NCBI GenBank assembly: GCA_965224245.1
Contig: OZ245046.1
Span: forward strand, 1,152,001-1,216,000
DNA length: 64,000 nt
Source: Candidatus Eiseniibacteriota bacterium
Lineage (GTDB): Bacteria; Eisenbacteria; RBG-16-71-46; CAZAMP01
Direction of reading: 5' to 3'
Positions 53,075 to 60,956 of the stretch are shown piece by piece (the first letter of the stretch is position 1; every line of letters begins with the position of its first letter). The notes beneath the pieces were generated by a model. That model did not search any database. It saw only the letters and a list, made by a program, of their open reading frames with translations, and was not told the DNA's origin. Made by a program: the position numbers and the translations under genes.

Positions 53075-54988
53075 CTAGCGGGACACGACGAACTTGCCCG
53101 ATGCGATCGACGTGCCGTTCGCCGTGATCTTGTACACGTAGACCCCCGGCGTCACCGCGACGTCTCCATCGGTCCGTCCGTTCCATCCGATGATGCCCGA
53201 GCCGCCGCCCGCGTTCACGCGGCTGTGGTGGACGAGCCGGCCCGACGGCTCGAAGACCGACATCTCGAGCGTCGCCGCCTCATCCAGCGAGTACGGCACG
53301 GTGAACAGGGCTCGGCTCGGATTGGGATACGGCGCACCGAGGGTGATGTCCGGCGCCCCGCCGGCGGTCGGCGTCGAGAGCGCGCCCCGCTCGTAGGTGA
53401 CGACCTGATCCGCCGCGACGTCCGAGTGGGACTCGACGAACCCGTCCGCCCAGTGGATCTCGAGCGTCGTGACGAGGGTCTCGGCACCGAGGCCGAAATG
53501 CACCTCGGACGGCGTGCCGACCAGGTAGCTGTCACCGTGAACGATGTCACGCCGTTTCGTGACCCCACCGATCGTGGCATACACGCGGGCGCCGACGGCC
53601 TTGGCGTCGGGCTTCAGGCGTACCTCGAGCCAGTGCCCCTGGTTTAGCGTGATGTTCTCGTACAGACGGACGGTATCGTCGATGTTCGTGGTCAAGATGT
53701 CGAGATCCCCGTCCCGGTCGAAGTCGAACGTCACGAGTCCGCGGCCGTCGTCTTTCTGCTGGAGTCCCGTGAAGAGTGCACGGGTGAAGTTGCCGCTGCC
53801 GTCGTTCACGAGTAGCACCGTCGGCGTGTCGTAGATGGGGGAGAACTCGTCCTCCAGTGCGAGGATCATGTCCTCCATGCCGGTGGCCGCGACGAGATCC
53901 ACGTCGCCGTCGTTCTCGGCGTCGAACCACTCAACACCCCAGCCCCAGTACGTGTCGTGCACGCCGTGGGCGAGGGCCTCGTCCTCGAACCAGACCGTTC
54001 CGCCCATCTCGGCCGTCTTGTTGACGTACAGGCAGTTGTACTGCGTGCTCCCGAACGCACCGGAAGGATCCGTGATGTTCGTGGTGTAGATGTCGAGGTC
54101 GCCGTCATCGTCGAAGTCGCACGCGGTGGCGCCCATGTCGTTCCCGAAGTGGTCGAGCTGGACGTCGTCGGTTCCGATGACGAAGGTGCCGGCTTCGTTC
54201 CACCAGTAGACGTCGTCTCGGTTGTCGATGGCCTGGTAGAGGTCGAAGTCTCCATCGTCGTCGAAGTCGGAGAAGATCGCCGAGAAGCAGTCGCGTGTGT
54301 ACTCGCCGAATCCCGCCGCCACCGAGACGTCCTGGAAGATCATCCCGCCCTGGTTCTCGTGAAGGGTGTTGTATCCCGGGAACGCGGGAGGACCGAAGAG
54401 CCCGTAGAGAATCCACACGGTGGCGTAGATGTCGAGCTGACCATCGAGGTTGTAATCGGTGATCGCGGTGCCGCAGTGGAGGTACCCCACCGGCGCGAAT
54501 CCCGATCCGGTGGTGACGTCGTTGAAGACGCCGTCGTCGTTCCGGTAGATCACACTCGTGGCCGTGCCACCGCCCTCGCCGAACGAATCGTTCACGAGCA
54601 GGAGATCGAGGTCGTCGTCGTCGTCTAGATCGACGAAGTGGGCCGAGCGAGACATGTCGGTGTTCGCGAGCGCCGGCGTGGTCACGTCCACGAAGGTCTT
54701 GGTCCCGAGGTCGAGCTCGTTTCGATAGAGCTTGTTCGCGGAACCGAGCTGCCCGCAGAAATAGATGTCGAGGTCGCCGTCGTCGTCGTAGTCGCCGACG
54801 GCCGCGCCGTTGCCCATGGTCTGGACCATCAGCTCCTTGAGACCGCTCTCGCCCGGGATGTCGGCCGGTACGACGTTCGTGAACGAGATTCCGGCGCTCG
54901 GGGTGATGTCCGTGAACAGCGGTGCGGCAGTCAGCCCGCCGGCCGCGCAGACCGACAGGACGGTGACCGTTGATGCGATGCGTCTCAT
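53075..54988 (-). CDS. CRTAC1/ASPIC-UnbV family FG-GAP protein with FlgD-like CTD
   Basis: FTDIT..AG, repeated D.D.DGDLD, YWGWG, LYEN, AVGARV and VHFGLG...IHW..G; CTD YPNP. Confidence 0.88.
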   Translation of the reverse strand: MRRIASTVTVLSVCAAGGLTAAPLFTDITPSAGISFTNVVPADIPGESGLKELMVQTMGNGAAVGDYDDDGDLDIYFCGQLGSANKLYRNELDLGTKTFVDVTTPALANTDMSRSAHFVDLDDDDDLDLLLVNDSFGEGGGTATSVIYRNDDGVFNDVTTGSGFAPVGYLHCGTAITDYNLDGQLDIYATVWILYGLFGPPAFPGYNTLHENQGGMIFQDVSVAAGFGEYTRDCFSAIFSDFDDDGDFDLYQAIDNRDDVYWWNEAGTFVIGTDDVQLDHFGNDMGATACDFDDDGDLDIYTTNITDPSGAFGSTQYNCLYVNKTAEMGGTVWFEDEALAHGVHDTYWGWGVEWFDAENDGDVDLVAATGMEDMILALEDEFSPIYDTPTVLLVNDGSGNFTRALFTGLQQKDDGRGLVTFDFDRDGDLDILTTNIDDTVRLYENITLNQGHWLEVRLKPDAKAVGARVYATIGGVTKRRDIVHGDSYLVGTPSEVHFGLGAETLVTTLEIHWADGFVESHSDVAADQVVTYERGALSTPTAGGAPDITLGAPYPNPSRALFTVPYSLDEAATLEMSVFEPSGRLVHHSRVNAGGGSGIIGWNGRTDGDVAVTPGVYVYKITANGTSIASGKFVVSR

Positions 54989-55549
54989 GCGAATCCCCCT
55001 GGGGCGCGACCGCCGTGCCGGCGTCCTGGCGGCTCTCCCCTTCCGAAACGTGGCGTTTTGCAGTGGTGTGACCGGGTGAATCGTACAGTGGATGATCGCG
55101 CCGGGGCAACCGGCTGCGATCAGCCGCCGGCGCCACGAATGGAACGCGCGTTAGAGCGCATGCGAGCGAGTTCGAGCACGACTCCGATCCCGATCGCCGA
55201 TCCCGCGGGCGGGAGCACGCGACGCGCCGTCGAGCGGCATCCGCGATCCGTGTGCGACACGTCCTCGCGCGAAACCGTGTGCCCGCACGCGCGTGTCGGA
55301 TCGAGGCTCCGTCGCCACCGGGCGTCGGGCGTCCCCGCGGGCGATCCTCGTCCGAGCGCGCCGGAAAGTGGGTGACGTGGCGGTGCGATCCGGCTCCACG
55401 GATGCTCCCCGCTCGGGGGCGGGGCGGTGAGGCGGCCTTCTACGTGACGAGCTGCGCGACGGGGCGATCACGACGATCGAGGGCCGGTGGGGGGAGCGTC
55501 GAGGCACCTGCCGTCGGGGCCCGTCGTACGGCGCGGTGAGCGATAAAAA

Positions 55550-55590
55550 AATCAATTCAGACATTGATAAAATCAATAATACAATTGATT
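55550..55590. promoter_or_regulatory. Tandem palindromic operator, two copies of ATCAAT-N6-ATTGAT 21 bp apart
   Basis: Copies at 55551-55568 and 55572-55589 within a ~60-bp AT-rich island just upstream of the DUF2089 SD. Confidence 0.7.
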
Positions 55591-55614
55591 ATTATGTCAA
55601 CGGGGAGGTGTCGG

Positions 55615-55965
55615 ATGGACGTTTCACAATCCAGATGTTCGAGCTGCGGACGCCCGATGGAGGTGACTCGGTTCTCCTGCGACCGGTGTGACGTCACGGT
55701 CGAGGGCCGCTTCGACATCCCGGCGCTCGCCCGCCTGTCGCTCGACGACCAGGTCTTCGTGGTCGCGTTCGTGCGTCACCACGGGTCGATCAAGCAGATG
55801 GAGCGTGTCTTCGGCATCAGCTATCCCACCGTCAAGAACCGTCTCAACGCGATCATTGCCGAGTTGGACAAGAGCTTCGCGGCGCCATCACCCAATCTAC
55901 TCGTGCTCGAACGGCTCGAGCGGGGAGAGATCGGAGTCGACGACGCACTCGACCTGCTCGAATGA
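55615..55965 (+). CDS. DUF2089 family protein (Zn-ribbon plus HTH)
   Basis: CSSCG...CDRC..VEGRF and HGSIKQMERVFGISYPTVKNRL; GGGAGG SD. Confidence 0.9.
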   Translation: MDVSQSRCSSCGRPMEVTRFSCDRCDVTVEGRFDIPALARLSLDDQVFVVAFVRHHGSIKQMERVFGISYPTVKNRLNAIIAELDKSFAAPSPNLLVLERLERGEIGVDDALDLLE

Positions 55966-55978
55966 GAGGAGAGCCCAC

Positions 55979-56434
55979 ATGTCGTTGGAGCGAAAGAAGA
56001 TTCTCGATCTCCTGGCCAGCGGGAAGATCTCGCCAGAGGAGGCCGACCGCCTCTTGGGGCGCCTCGATGCGTCGAGTGGGCGGGGCCCCGGTCCGTCCTC
56101 GCATGCCGGCGACGGGGCCGCGACCTCGGCGCATGCGGTCTCGGTGGTCGCCTCGCCCCAGGGAACTCGGCGACGGCTTCGCTTCCTCCGCATCCTGGTC
56201 ACGGGCTCCCGCGGCGATGTCGTGAACGTCCGGGTGCCGCTGGATCTGGTCAGAGCCGGAGTCAAGCTCACCGCCGCGCTCCCTCAGGAAGCGAAGGACA
56301 AGCTGGCCGCGCGCGGAGTGGATCTGGACCACCTGTGCGGACTCGACGGCGAGAGCCTGATCGACGCCCTTCGCGAGCTCTCGATCGACGTGGACAGCGA
56401 CGACGGCGATACCGTGCGGATCTTCTGCGAGTGA
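55979..56434 (+). CDS. SHOCT-like N-terminal domain protein (usual DUF2089 partner)
   Basis: ERKKILDLLASGKISPEEADRLL, FLRILV...VNVRVPL.LV and IDVD..DGDTVRIFCE; AGGAG SD. Confidence 0.8.
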   Translation: MSLERKKILDLLASGKISPEEADRLLGRLDASSGRGPGPSSHAGDGAATSAHAVSVVASPQGTRRRLRFLRILVTGSRGDVVNVRVPLDLVRAGVKLTAALPQEAKDKLAARGVDLDHLCGLDGESLIDALRELSIDVDSDDGDTVRIFCE

Positions 56435-56472
56435 TGGGGGGAGAGTCGCGGCGCACCGAGAGTGTCGGGACA

Positions 56473-56528
56473 GACGGTGCCGGAGACCGGCGCGCCGCTC
56501 GGATCCGAGCGGCGCGCCGGAGACCGTC
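56473..56528. terminator. Perfect 34-bp palindrome (56487-56520) with outer GACGGT/ACCGTC arms, probable bidirectional terminator
   Basis: CCGGCGCGCCGCTCGGA-TCCGAGCGGCGCGCCGG between convergent genes. Confidence 0.65.
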
Positions 56529-56608
56529 ATGTGACGTTCGAGCGCGTTGCCGCGACGGAGCGCGGCTTCACGGTCCGGGCGCGCGGCGTCGCCGCGCGAA
56601 CCGGGGGC

Positions 56609-56875
56609 CTACCAGCGATCGCGCCGTTCGCCGCGCGGCCGGGCCTCGTTGATGTTGAGGTTGCGCCCGTCCATCTGATAGCCGGCGAGCGCCGCGATGG
56701 CAGCATCGGCCGCTGCATCCTCCATCTCGACGAATCCAAAGCCGCGCGGCCGTCCGGTCTCGCGATCCTCGATCAGCGCCACGGACAGGACCGTGCCGTG
56801 CTGCTCGAACAGCGCCCGGACCTCGTCTTCCGTCGCCGAAAAGGGCAGGTTTCCAACGTAGATTCTCTTGGCCAT
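56609..56875 (-). CDS. RRM (RNP-1) RNA-binding protein
   Basis: IYVGNLPF (RNP2), DRETGRPRGFGFVEM (RNP1) and GRNLNINEARPR; AGAAGGA SD. Confidence 0.95.
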   Translation of the reverse strand: MAKRIYVGNLPFSATEDEVRALFEQHGTVLSVALIEDRETGRPRGFGFVEMEDAAADAAIAALAGYQMDGRNLNINEARPRGERRDRW

Positions 56876-57096
56876 GGATTCGTTCCTTCTCGCCTCAACA
56901 CCGTCGAGGACACCAGAGACCACCCCGCTCTCGCGAACGGAGCATCGCAACCGCGTGTTACGGCGTTCGTGAGTCGGTGGAAGGGAGACTCGTCAGGAAA
57001 GCTCGCGAAGGCCTCTCGAAGTCCGCTGACGCCAACGAACGGCGCACGCCACGCCACACCAAAGAAACGCTAGCGCGGCAGCGGGCGCGCCGTCAA
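56876..57096 (-). promoter_or_regulatory. Promoter and ~185-nt structured 5' leader of the RRM gene
   Basis: TTGACG(57096-57091)-18 nt-TAGCGT(57072-57067); nested complementary segments at 56953-57049. Confidence 0.6.
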
Positions 57097-57221
57097 GCGT
57101 CAGTTGTGTGAGATCCCGTCGCGCCGGCCCATTCCGGGTATCGATGTTTTGCTATCCAGCAGTCGGCGGAGCGCGGCGAGGTCGGCAGGCCAAGGTGGCA
57201 CCGCACGCTGCACGGAGCCGG

Positions 57222-57695
57222 TCAGCGTCCGTCGTTCCGCGGCTCGTCGAGCGCGTCGGGCACGGACGCCTTCGGGGCCAGCTCCGTGCCCAGTCCGACC
57301 CCCGGAAACCCGACGTTCCGCAGGATGTCGAGCACCTGCACGATCTCACCGTGACGAACACCCGCCTCGGCCTCGAGCATCACGGGGCGATCGGGCGCGG
57401 CGGCGTGTGCGGCGCGCAGCCGGGACTCCAGCTCGGATGCGTCGATGGCCAGGCCGTCCAGCGCGTAGCCGCCGGCCTCGGTCACGACCAGCTCGAGCTG
57501 TCCGCCGGACCCGCCCGGATCCGCGGCGGTGGCGGTCTCCGAGGACGGCAGGCGAAGCTCGAGCTCGCCGAAACGCTTGAAGGTGCCGGTCAGCATGAAG
57601 AAGATGATCAGGAGGAACAGCACGTCGATCAGCGGGGTCACGCTCAGATGGACGGCCTCGCGTCCGCGCCTGGCCCTGAACTCCATCGCGCTCAT
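57222..57695 (-). CDS. exbD: ExbD/TolR family biopolymer transport protein
   Basis: VTPLIDVLFLLIIFFML; ATGA overlap with exbB. Confidence 0.88.
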   Translation of the reverse strand: MSAMEFRARRGREAVHLSVTPLIDVLFLLIIFFMLTGTFKRFGELELRLPSSETATAADPGGSGGQLELVVTEAGGYALDGLAIDASELESRLRAAHAAAPDRPVMLEAEAGVRHGEIVQVLDILRNVGFPGVGLGTELAPKASVPDALDEPRNDGR

Positions 57696-58324
57696 CGCGC
57701 GGGCCCCTTCGTGGACGACGCGGCATCGGGGCGCAGTCGCGCGACCAGACGACTCGCGTGCGCCTCGATCTCGGTGATGAGGCTCTCCGCACGCGCGGCC
57801 AGGAGGTTGTACGCGACGAGGGTGGGGATGCCGACGGCCAGCCCGACGGCCGTCGTGATCATCGCTTCGCTGATCCCTTCCGAGAGTGCCCCGGGATCCC
57901 CCAACCCCGAGATCGAGATCGACGCGAAGACCTTGATCATGCCCAGGACGGTGCCCAGGAGCCCCAGGAGCGGGGCGGCCTGGGCAATGGTCTGAAGCCA
58001 CACGAGATGCCGATCCAGCACCGTCGTCTCCTGCCGTCCCGCGTCGAGCACGGCGTCCCGGACGACGTCCCAGGGCTGATGGGCCTGCGTCAGGCCGACG
58101 CACATGATGTCCGAGAACGCACCCGGGTTTCGCCGGCACACGTCGATCGCGACGCTCAGGTCGCGACCGGGTCGGACCGCCTCCACGACCTCGATGATCT
58201 CCCGCCGAAGCACGCGACCGCGGCGGAGCGCCAGGAGCCGTTCGATCGTGATCGTCATGGCCAGAAGGCTGCACGCGGCGAGTGGGTAGATGATCGGACC
58301 GGCCTGTTCCAGGAACTCCAGCAT
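57692..58324 (-). CDS. exbB: MotA/TolQ/ExbB proton channel family protein
   Basis: APLLGLLGTVLGMI and GISEAMITTAVGLAVGIP; GAGGAG SD. Confidence 0.9.
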   Translation of the reverse strand: MLEFLEQAGPIIYPLAACSLLAMTITIERLLALRRGRVLRREIIEVVEAVRPGRDLSVAIDVCRRNPGAFSDIMCVGLTQAHQPWDVVRDAVLDAGRQETTVLDRHLVWLQTIAQAAPLLGLLGTVLGMIKVFASISISGLGDPGALSEGISEAMITTAVGLAVGIPTLVAYNLLAARAESLITEIEAHASRLVARLRPDAASSTKGPAR

Positions 58325-58368
58325 CGAAGATCGCTCCTCGTTGAGTGCGCCCGCGCGGTCGCGGTGGG

Positions 58369-59331
58369 TCAGCGGCGAAGATCCGGATAGATCAGCGTGA
58401 TGTCGAGGACCAGCGCGTCCTCGGGGAAATCGGCCGGCAACGGTGGAAACGGGCTGGCGGCCTCGAACGCGCGCACGCTCGCGTTACGAAGCTCGCGGTG
58501 CCCTTCCTCGTCGATCACGGCGAGCTCGAGCATCTGGCCGCTCGGCGCGATGCGGACCCGAACCCGCGTCCACCCGTGAATGAGCCCGTACAGGTGGCCC
58601 GAAGGTGACAGCCAGCGCGGCATGAAGTCGCGCCGGAACTGCCGCATCCACTCACCCCATGCCCAGCGCGTCGTGTTGAGACTGATGTCGCCGGCGAGAC
58701 GGACGCTCCCGGCCGGGTTCGACACCGAGGCCTGTCTGAGATCACCCGGTGCGATCGGATGCACGATCTCGTCCTCGAGCGAGCGAGCAGGTGCGGACGC
58801 GGTCGGCGTGGCGACCGGAGCGGCGCGAGAGCCGGGCTGATCGACCGCGACGGCGTCACGTGGCACCGGAGTGGAGGTCACGTCCGCCTCGGCGGTCTCG
58901 GTCTCCGGCTCGTCGTCCGGCTCCTCGAGGGGCGGGGTGACGGCGTCGGGAGAGCCGTCGGAGATCTCGACCTGGGCGATCTCGGCGAGTCCGTCAGACT
59001 CGGGCACGACGTCGTCGTCGGTGTGGTCGGAGTGGTCGCGGGCGCGACTGTCGACGTTGCTCAGGAAGTCGGCCCGTTCCGGCGGCTCGTCCGCGCGATC
59101 CTCGGGCAGCTCGGTGAACGTCGCGGGCTCGGCCGCCGGGAGCGGCTCCGGCGCGAACACGAGGCGGATCGGGTCGGGGGCGGCGTCGGCGAGCGGGGTC
59201 GGCGACAACGGATCGATCGCGACGATCGCGCCGATGACGAGCGCGTGGGCGAGCAACGTGGCCGCGAAGGCCGCGGCCCACATGCGTGTCCGCGTCTCCC
59301 GTCTCCCGATGCCGCCCAAGACCCCTCCCAT
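58369..59331 (-). CDS. TonB/TolA family energy transducer
   Basis: TM with conserved His (TLLAHAL), Pro/Asp/Glu-rich linker, C-terminal ASVRAFEAASPFPPLP; start 59331 or 59283. Confidence 0.8.
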   Translation of the reverse strand: MGGVLGGIGRRETRTRMWAAAFAATLLAHALVIGAIVAIDPLSPTPLADAAPDPIRLVFAPEPLPAAEPATFTELPEDRADEPPERADFLSNVDSRARDHSDHTDDDVVPESDGLAEIAQVEISDGSPDAVTPPLEEPDDEPETETAEADVTSTPVPRDAVAVDQPGSRAAPVATPTASAPARSLEDEIVHPIAPGDLRQASVSNPAGSVRLAGDISLNTTRWAWGEWMRQFRRDFMPRWLSPSGHLYGLIHGWTRVRVRIAPSGQMLELAVIDEEGHRELRNASVRAFEAASPFPPLPADFPEDALVLDITLIYPDLRR

Positions 59332-59843
59332 GTGTGACCCACGACCGGCGCCGCGTCTCCCTCGTCACACCGCGCATGTGGCACGAGTGTGGCAACGTCG
59401 AGACAGAGTGCGTTACGCCGGGGCCGACGTGCAACGTCGCGATGTCCGGCGGCGAGTGGGAAGCGCTCACGACGGGCGAGCGTCCCTCGCCAGATGGCCG
59501 TCCGCGGTGCGTGTCGTGAACCCCGGCCGTCGGTCCGAGGTTTCGCCGCTCCGCGCGGGGCTCGGGCCGGCCGCCGCCACCGGCCCCCAGGATGTCCGCA
59601 AGTGCCTCGACGTGAAGCATGGTAGTCTCGTTCGACTTCGTGACGACCGGCCGGGCACGCGACCCGCCACGGCGTCTGCCGAGAGCTCGGCTACGGTCAG
59701 GGCGAGGCGACCCGGATCCGACGGCCTCGTCCGGAGCCAGGAGGGCACCGAACGTGACGCATCCACGCGACCGCGAGAGACGCGCTCGTCGCGAGACGGG
59801 GCTCGCCTCCAGCATCCGTTCGATCCCGACCGGAGGTGACTGA

Positions 59844-60425
59844 GTGTCGAGCCGATCCGAGGTCACCAGGATCCTGACGTCGCTCGCCCGTGGGGAAGCC
59901 CCCGTCGGCGCCGACGAGAAGCTCATGGATCTCGTGTACGTCGAGCTGCGCCGCATGGCGGCGGGGTTCCTCCGGCGCGAGCGAGAGGGACACACGCTCC
60001 AGCCGACCGCGCTGGTGAACGAGGTGTACCTCAAGCTCGTGGACCCGGGCCAGTCGACGTGGGCCGACCGGGCGCACTTCATGCGGGTCGCCGCGCGGGC
60101 GATGCGTCAGATCTTGATCGACCACGCACGTCGCAAGCGGGCGGCTCGCCGCGGTGGCGACTGGCAGCGCGTCACGTTCGACGAGGCCGTGGGGCTCGCG
60201 GTGAACGACGCCGACGAGCTGATCGCGCTCAACGACGCCCTCGAGGCGTTCGCGGAGCTCGATCCACGCGCCGCGAAGGTCGTCGAGCTGCGAGTGTTCG
60301 GCGGCATGACGGTCAAGGAGGCGGCCGAGGTGCTCGAGGTGTCGCCTCGCACCGTGGACGGCGACTGGGCGATGGCGCTGGCCTGGCTGGGGCGCGAGCT
60401 GAGCGGCGACGACGCGACGTCCTGA
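59844..60425 (+). CDS. ECF sigma factor, ECF43/TIGR02999 type (second paralog)
   Basis: EVTRIL, HTLQPTALVNEVYLKL, RAHF..AARAMRQILIDHAR, VELRVFGGM and DWAMALAWL; GGAGG SD. Confidence 0.93.
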   Translation: MSSRSEVTRILTSLARGEAPVGADEKLMDLVYVELRRMAAGFLRREREGHTLQPTALVNEVYLKLVDPGQSTWADRAHFMRVAARAMRQILIDHARRKRAARRGGDWQRVTFDEAVGLAVNDADELIALNDALEAFAELDPRAAKVVELRVFGGMTVKEAAEVLEVSPRTVDGDWAMALAWLGRELSGDDATS

Positions 60426-60474
60426 CGTGCGTTCGCGGGCCGCCCGGGGCCGGATCGACATCGTCACCCGCCTC

Positions 60475-60687
60475 TCACCGCCGTCGGAGCGCACTCCGAA
60501 CGCTCTCGATCCAGTCGCGATCTCGAATGAGACGCGGTGGCGGCTGCTCGAGCAGCGCCTCGACGTCCCGCCGGAGGGCGGCGTCCCGGCCGCACTCGCG
60601 TTCGAGGAACGCCGCGCGTTCGGTCGGGGCGATCGCGAGAGCGTCGAGCAGAACTCGCTTGAGCCGCCGGTATCGCAGTACGTGCAT
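60475..60687 (-). CDS. 70-aa protein resembling the N-terminal pre-kinase segment of ECF43-associated Ser/Thr kinases
   Basis: RYRRLKRVLLDALAIAPTERAAFLERECGRDAALRRDVEALL; GAGAGGG SD before ATG 60687. Confidence 0.7.
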   Translation of the reverse strand: MHVLRYRRLKRVLLDALAIAPTERAAFLERECGRDAALRRDVEALLEQPPPRLIRDRDWIESVRSALRRR

Positions 60688-60956
60688 CGGAGCCCTCTCG
60701 GGTCTCGTTGGACTCGTCGTGATGTCGAGCGAAGTCTGTACCCTGGAAAGCGTGTCCGGACGCCGAAACACGCAGTGCGCGCCCCAAAAGTGGGGAGCCA
60801 CGTCGTGACGTCACGCCGGGACCGCGGTACAGTGCGCCGACGGTGCGCGACCGGCGACCCGAGCTCGCCCGGGTCGCCCACGTCGGACCGACGGTGAGTA
60901 GCTCGAAGCCGCGTTCGCCCGGCTCGGAGTGCGTTCATTCAGACAGGAGACCCGCG

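Noticed and set aside
55564-55576. TTGAT-AAA-ATCAA as an FNR box
   Set aside because: Spacer is 3 nt rather than 4; better explained as the junction of two ATCAAT-N6-ATTGAT palindromes
56964-57000. CUGACGA in the RRM leader as a hammerhead ribozyme core
   Set aside because: No GAAA after the putative stem II and no matching stem III/cleavage triplet
59400-59843. Short ORFs in the tonB/sigma spacer
   Set aside because: No convincing SD, motif or codon pattern in any frame
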